Positions 58,211-64,000 of a stretch of 64,000 nt of DNA are shown piece by piece (positions within the stretch are counted from its first letter, which is position 1; each line of letters opens with the position of its first letter). Where the stretch lies: positions 121,923 through 185,922 of the forward strand of contig ML996698.1 in assembly GCA_010356995.1 (NCBI GenBank), in the 5' to 3' direction. Both the position numbers and the translations under genes were made by a program. The notes under the pieces are model-generated. The model made no database searches, was not told the origin of the DNA, and saw only the letters and a program-made list of their open reading frames with translations. Source of the DNA: Trichodelitschia bisporula. Its lineage: Eukaryota.

Positions 58211-60909
58211 GCCGCCTGCGCGTACGTCACCTCTCGAAGTGCCGAGCCCGCCCACGTCGTCCCTCCACCAACCGACCCGGACCCCAATTCTCCATCCGAA
58301 AACCTTAATATTCAGCCACAGGTGCCCCGCCCGAGGCTTCCGTGCCACAACCATGCCTAAATTATGTGTTCGGCAACATCTCCGGTCGTTGACGGCTTGG
58401 CAGGGCTTTTCCCTATGAGCCCGGAAGTGCCACGCGAGGGGCCCTGGACCCGGGCGGCGGGCCGTGCGTGACGAGGCCGGGCCGCGGTTAAGGGTTTGGC
58501 TGAGGTGGCGGCAGTGGTACCGGAGATGGGCCAAGATGTAACGGGAGGGGAAGGGGAAAGGGAAAGAGGGGTAGTAGTAACGACGGTTAAGATCGCGGAA
58601 GCTATGAATAGATGTATGGTACTTGGGCGCTATTTTGGCGACAGACGTCTGGTGCTCGGCTCGATATTGCTTCAACTGTCCGGGTGCTGGTCACCTCGGC
58701 GTGCGAGGCTGTCGGACGGAGGGTCTCGCTGCGCTGCCCTACAGTGAAAGGCGAGCAGATGCCCAAAGTGGAAATATGTCGCGCCTTGTTGTGATAGCGC
58801 AGATCAATTGTGTGCACCGCGCGCCGTGCGCCTGAGTTTACTGTTCCTGCATCGGTCAAGACCGTCACGATCGCCTGATCATCATAAGGAATCGCAATAT
58901 CAGGCTCGTGCCGGCCAGAACCGCGATCATGCAGCTAGTCAGCTTGCTTGGTCCCACAAAAGTCCGTGGCATGAGCCTGCCTGGAATCACAGCGTTGGAA
59001 GGCCTTGCTCTAGGGTCTCGCGCCCGTTGCTTCCCGATGGGGCTGGTGTTCCCAAGGAGGTTAATGATAGGGATGCGGTGCACATCGCATGTTTGAGGCC
59101 GGGCGAGCGACGTGATCCTGGCAAGATTAGTGCAGAATTGGATGGTGAGTTTATATCGACGCCGCAGATGGTTCTATTTTGGAGGAGCCTATAGGCTTGG
59201 AGGCTTGGAGACTTGATACAGGGCATCGCGGCTATATTGCACACCTTCTCGGCTTCGGAGCTCTTAACCTGGGTACCGAAGGTGCCGGATGTGACCGAAA
59301 GCGGGTGGTCAACAAGACGTCGGTGAGGAGATATCGAAATCGAAGGTGTGCTTTCGTACGAGGCTGATGCTTGATGGATCCGCAATCTAGTCGGTAAGAA
59401 TCAGGATCTTGTAGAACAAGGCCTCATCAGTAAGAGCTACAGTTTGGTCGAAGCTTACCCAGAACGGGCAATCGAGTCGCAAAATTTGTTTGCAACGATC
59501 TCATCAGAGCTGACACTGCAGGGGCGTGGGCTTCAGACACCGTCAGAATCGGGAAACCCCGACTAGCCACTCCGGCGACCACTGGGTTGACGCGGAGATG
59601 ACGGGTTTGGCACGGGCTATTTGTGACTTGCTAGACCGGGGGTTTAGCGGGTAATATACCGCGGTTCTCGGGTTATCCGCACCTGAGAAAACGAACCCCG
59701 TTCACTGCGGGTGGAGAGCAGCATCTGGCCAGGGAGAAGCATGAAGATACACCGCCTAGTCTGGTAGACTTAACGGAGCCTGAGGTGATTCGGCTCTCGG
59801 TTCGAGCCTTCACTCTCAATGGAGTCATCTCGAGTGATCTGATGTGTTTCCACTCCTCAGGTCCTGGTCGGTTCGCCATCGGAAGCTAGTCTCGATGATA
59901 GCGCCCAAAACTTTAACAAACCAGGTAAAAAAAAAAAACGCTCTGCATTTGGATGCACCTCGGTAGACTCACCACTAATCACCATGGGCAGTAACTAGAG
60001 CTACCAACGCTCTCAGAGCATGTCCGAGAGATCGGCCGCGGTGTGGCTCTCCGTATCGGAAGCGTGCAATCTGCAACCCTTGCGCGACCTGGCCCTTGGC
60101 TCATGGATGGTGGTATTCGAGACTGTAACGAGATTGGTGTGTGCCTTCGGGAGGGTCAGGAACAACGGTTCGGCAAGTAGCGTGTGAGAGGGCTTATACA
60201 TGCGGCCGACGACCGCAAGGCTGGAACCGGCGTAGGGCTTGCGAACCACCCATGGAATGACTCGAAGCTTCGCTTGAGGAACCGTCGAATATCTGGAACG
60301 AAAGCACCTTCTACTCTCATTGCATTCCAGTATCTGTCCACATCAGAGATTTGAACTTCTGGAAGGGCAGAGGAATGAGATGCCAGATTCGTCGAGCAAC
60401 TGTGCATCGAGCCGTTAAGCCTTACGTCTAATCAACGTCGGACATTGACATGACCGCAATGAGCACGGTTCACACCACAACGCGCAAGTCCCTTCCAGAA
60501 ATTTGGGCAATCGGCGACGCCATAAATAAATTTGATAGGGAAATAATCAGGGCCAGATGGTGGCGGCGTAGATCCCATGGATGAGCACCCGCGGTCCCCT
60601 GGAGATTGCAACCGACCGCGCACTCTCCTCCTTCTCTACTTTGCAGGCCAACTTGACGCGTAAGTGTAATCGTCGGCTCGGGCCAGTCTGCGTACGTCGA
60701 CTGAGTTCGGGTCGCTCGGGCGGGTGATTTGGTAGGGATCTGGAGGGGCGTGTATATCAGTCAACGAGAATCCCTCTTTCTCCGTCACTCACTATCACAC
60801 TCACTCCTCTTCCACACCAGCAAAGTCATCTCCAACGAGCATCAGTACCTTTTCAGACAGACGTCCTCTCAGTCCGACCTCCTACAACAGAGCCTCCTTT
60901 CACATCAAG

Positions 60910-61455
60910 ATGCGTTTCTCCGTTACATCACTCCTCACTTTCTCCTCGCTCGCCTTCTCCCTCCCCATCGAGCAACAACCAAACGCCAACCCGACCGAAA
61001 CCGCCATACAACAGACTACGCGTGGGCTGAAGACCCTTTCCAACAGCCTCAACGCCCTCACTGCGCGGAACGCCGATGTCGTTTCCTTATCAAGTCAGAT
61101 CATGAGGAATGGCAATGAGTTGACGTCCATCATGCGGGAGGGCGCGTACCAGGTCCGGAGGGGGGCGGACCTTAACCTCAACGATGCCTTATTCCTCACC
61201 CAGCCGGTCAACGATATGATCACCCAGACGCAGCAGACCACCCAGAACTGGGTCGCCAGTAAGCGTGTCATCATCGGCTCAGGAGGCAAGACGGTGACGC
61301 TCAACATCCTAAACGACCACCTGGCTGCTGCGGCAGAGTTTTCGGACGCCATGGTAGCGAAGATGCCCGCACTTGGCAAGTCGATTGCGCAGCTCTATGG
61401 AACACGGGCCAAGATGCTTATCGAGACAGCTATCAACGAGTACAAGAGATCATGA
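60910..61455 (+). CDS. Secreted HsbA / cell wall mannoprotein 1-like helical protein
   Basis: 181 aa with signal peptide and no Cys; pattern L...DA..L, ..K..I...GG...L..L, F..A...K.P, I..AI..Y. Confidence 0.75.
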   Translation: MRFSVTSLLTFSSLAFSLPIEQQPNANPTETAIQQTTRGLKTLSNSLNALTARNADVVSLSSQIMRNGNELTSIMREGAYQVRRGADLNLNDALFLTQPVNDMITQTQQTTQNWVASKRVIIGSGGKTVTLNILNDHLAAAAEFSDAMVAKMPALGKSIAQLYGTRAKMLIETAINEYKRS

Positions 61456-64000
61456 GTGGTGATTGGGTGGGAGCGCTTTTCTTTGAGGTTACAATTTTCT
61501 TCACTGTACAAATTTTCTTCAGCTCTCGGACGTTTTAGAGATTGATTACCAATATGAGATGGTTTCGGTCGGAATCATTGCCTGATCCTGTTCATATGAG
61601 TGAAACGTGACAGAGCTCTCGCCAAGGGGACGGTTGAGGAATTGGCGCTGCTGCAATCATCCGTATTTAAAAGCTAAAACGCTATCAGCTATCATCTTAG
61701 ATTGGTGAGGAGGTTCATCAACGTCGGCGTGGAGAGAATTGCCGGGTATCTCTGCTGCTAGAGATGAACGTCGGGTTGTGGACAGGGTGCCCGAAGATCA
61801 ACGTTCCACGATGTTTATCTGGCGTCGATCCCAAGGCAGCGATTGATGCCTTGCGGCCGCGTGACATGACCTTGAATGTCCACTGAAAGGCCAAAGGGCC
61901 AGCCGAAAAGTCGTGGCACATCCCGCCATAGTATCTGCTTATCATTCAGCGAAAGCCTTGACAAGAGATGGCTACAACTTTTAGGGGAGGTGCTACGACT
62001 TTTTCTGATGGCTCTTTGACATGAAGCAGCGTTCTGGAAAAAGCTGGAAAAGCGTCCCCTTTTCTTGGTCAACCGGCCTTTTAGAAAGACCGGATTCACT
62101 ACTGACTACTACTCGTAGAAAAGGCAGCGGCGGGCCTCGAGGGAGTGAAAAGTGAAAAGTCAGCCAGTGCGCAGAAGGATGACGATGTTTGCGATACTTT
62201 TCCGGCTTCCGAGATGTGTGGCATTATCAAAGTCGTCCCCTCCTGCGCCCACGATGTCGGGAGACCGCCAGCAGTTGTCGAATCCTAGGCCAACCCTCAT
62301 GCCATGAGTATATGGTTGCCGTCTCATTGTTAGGCGGCTCTGTTTAGGCCATGGAGGGGGGGCCTCGTTGCCTGAGGACCGCGTGGAGGAAAACTATGGT
62401 TGGTCCAAGCCCAACGAGGGCCACTGTGGCTGCTAAAGCGGCCACGAATCCACAAGCCATCCTCAAGTCCTGCTATATTCGTGTTGAGCTCCTGTGTTCC
62501 GACCAGCATCTCCCCAGGCAAGGGTCACAGATGCATTAGCGTTGACATGATAGATGCAGCGGTTCTCAAGATGTTAGTCAATCTTGCGAAGGTCTGGGTG
62601 ATAACAAAACGTACGGGCTGTCTAGCACCTGTTCGAAGGCACTGCTAACCAGTAACGCAAGATAGGAAATAAACCTATCGGGAAAGAGCGGACGCTAATT
62701 TCCTGTTGAATCCAAGTTCGATCGCACAGCTGTGTTGTGAAGTATGCGACACAAAAGCAAGTGTCAAGTTGCAAGCCACTTTGAAGGGTCAAGAGCTTTA
62801 TCCGGGGTGTATCACACTTGAAGTCCACTGGCGGTCCGAATCCTGAAAGTTGCTCCCGAAACCCGTAGCACCGAACAAAACCAACATCGGGCATCACAAG
62901 TTCTTAAGCGCCGCGCTGGAACATTTAAGCCCATCAGGCTTAGGCACGAAAGGAGCACGGCCGTTGAGTCCACTCAATAAGGGCGAAAGCCTTGCATCTT
63001 CGTGCGAAATCCCGCTCCACTTGCCACAAAGTATGAGTGTGATTGACTTTTCTGCCTTGTTAACGACAAAATTGTACATGTTAGAGTGGCAGATCCAGTT
63101 CGAGCCACAGAGAATCTCGAAAGCTTGTCTGTGCTGCATCGATGAATTAGCCCAAGCAATTACGGTGCCTCAGAGACCACGCATAGGTTAGGTCCGAAAT
63201 CCAGAAGGGGACGGCAAAGACCGAGCCTCACACCGCCCTTAATGACAGATTCCTTGGTTCTTTTTGATGCGGAACATCATGGCATTGGTACACCTTAACA
63301 TTCGATGGAATCATGGCGTCAGAGAGGATCATGGCGTCACAGGTCATACCGGCGCTCGGACCCAATGCCCGATTTGGCCAGCGATGGGTATTTGGATCTA
63401 GGGCCACCTGAGGGGTCGTGATCCACCGTGTTGGTTGATTTTGCGGGGTTGGAGTTCGCGACTTGCGCGAGTAGCCCTTGACATTCCTCCTTTCGTCCTG
63501 AGTTCGGGTCATTGGGATCGCTAGAATCGGCATGCATCGGTTGGATCTCCGCGGTCTCGAGGCCCCCATACTCAGGATATCCAGAGTAGGCTGTGCTCCA
63601 GTCAGGTCCTTCGGTCTCGTGGCTCGGAGCTCATTCTTCACTAGGGTTGCAGGTTTGAGTGCTTTGCCCTGAAAGTCGGCCTGCATTCCGGTTTCGTATG
63701 TAAGCGCTGGATTTCGTCGGAGCAAGCGCCGATATCTGGTGGCGATTGAGACGATATTGCCTCTGAAGTTGATTCGAGGAAAAAGCGGTTGTCGATGGAC
63801 GGAAGTCAACGCGAGTGGAGTCACATGACCCTCCCATCCCTTTGGAGCCTCAAAACCTCAACACCTGTGCCTGCGAATTCCAAGTCTCTCCAAGCCAACT
63901 CCGAGACGACGCAACATGCAAAGACCAGCCTACCCTGCCCAGTGCAATGCGAAATCGAAATCTCGTTCCGCAGATTTCCAACTCGGTCCAGACTGAAGCG

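Noticed and set aside
61700..64000. 198-aa ORF and a degenerate P-loop-like string (VLFGATGFG) on the minus strand
   Set aside because: The string lacks the GK[ST] residues and is flanked by stops; the ORF has no ATG start or domain.

Overview
Intron-rich filamentous ascomycete genomic DNA (GT-AG introns of about 40-110 nt with CTRAC branch sites; one N gap at 28518-28644). All calls come from reading the sequence by eye; no searches were run. The left half holds the 5' end of a PNP_UDP (Pfs) domain gene running off the edge, an intron-containing tRNA-Ser(CGA), a RIP-like relic and a secreted group XII-like phospholipase A2. It continues with DUF3405, a secreted His-rich protein, the complex I 21.3 kDa subunit, an SDR, an Aim6-like phosphodiesterase, a kelch membrane protein, fox2 and a PL4 lyase. 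The most unusual part is 38.3-56.4 kb, a tandemly duplicated module. Each unit has a minus-strand multi-exon gene (B-box-like finger, GBP/atlastin-like P-loop GTPase, RING-like finger, patatin) head-to-head with a GNAT gene, and a CaaX-ending sequence downstream. In both copies the patatin nucleophile motif reads GSGAG, so the catalytic Ser is replaced by Gly. In copy 2 the gene can be spliced in frame to the CaaX tail; in copy 1 that tail belongs to a separate gene. An inverted, broken copy of the PLA2 gene sits at the junction between the units. The right end has an alcohol acetyltransferase-family gene and an HsbA-like gene.
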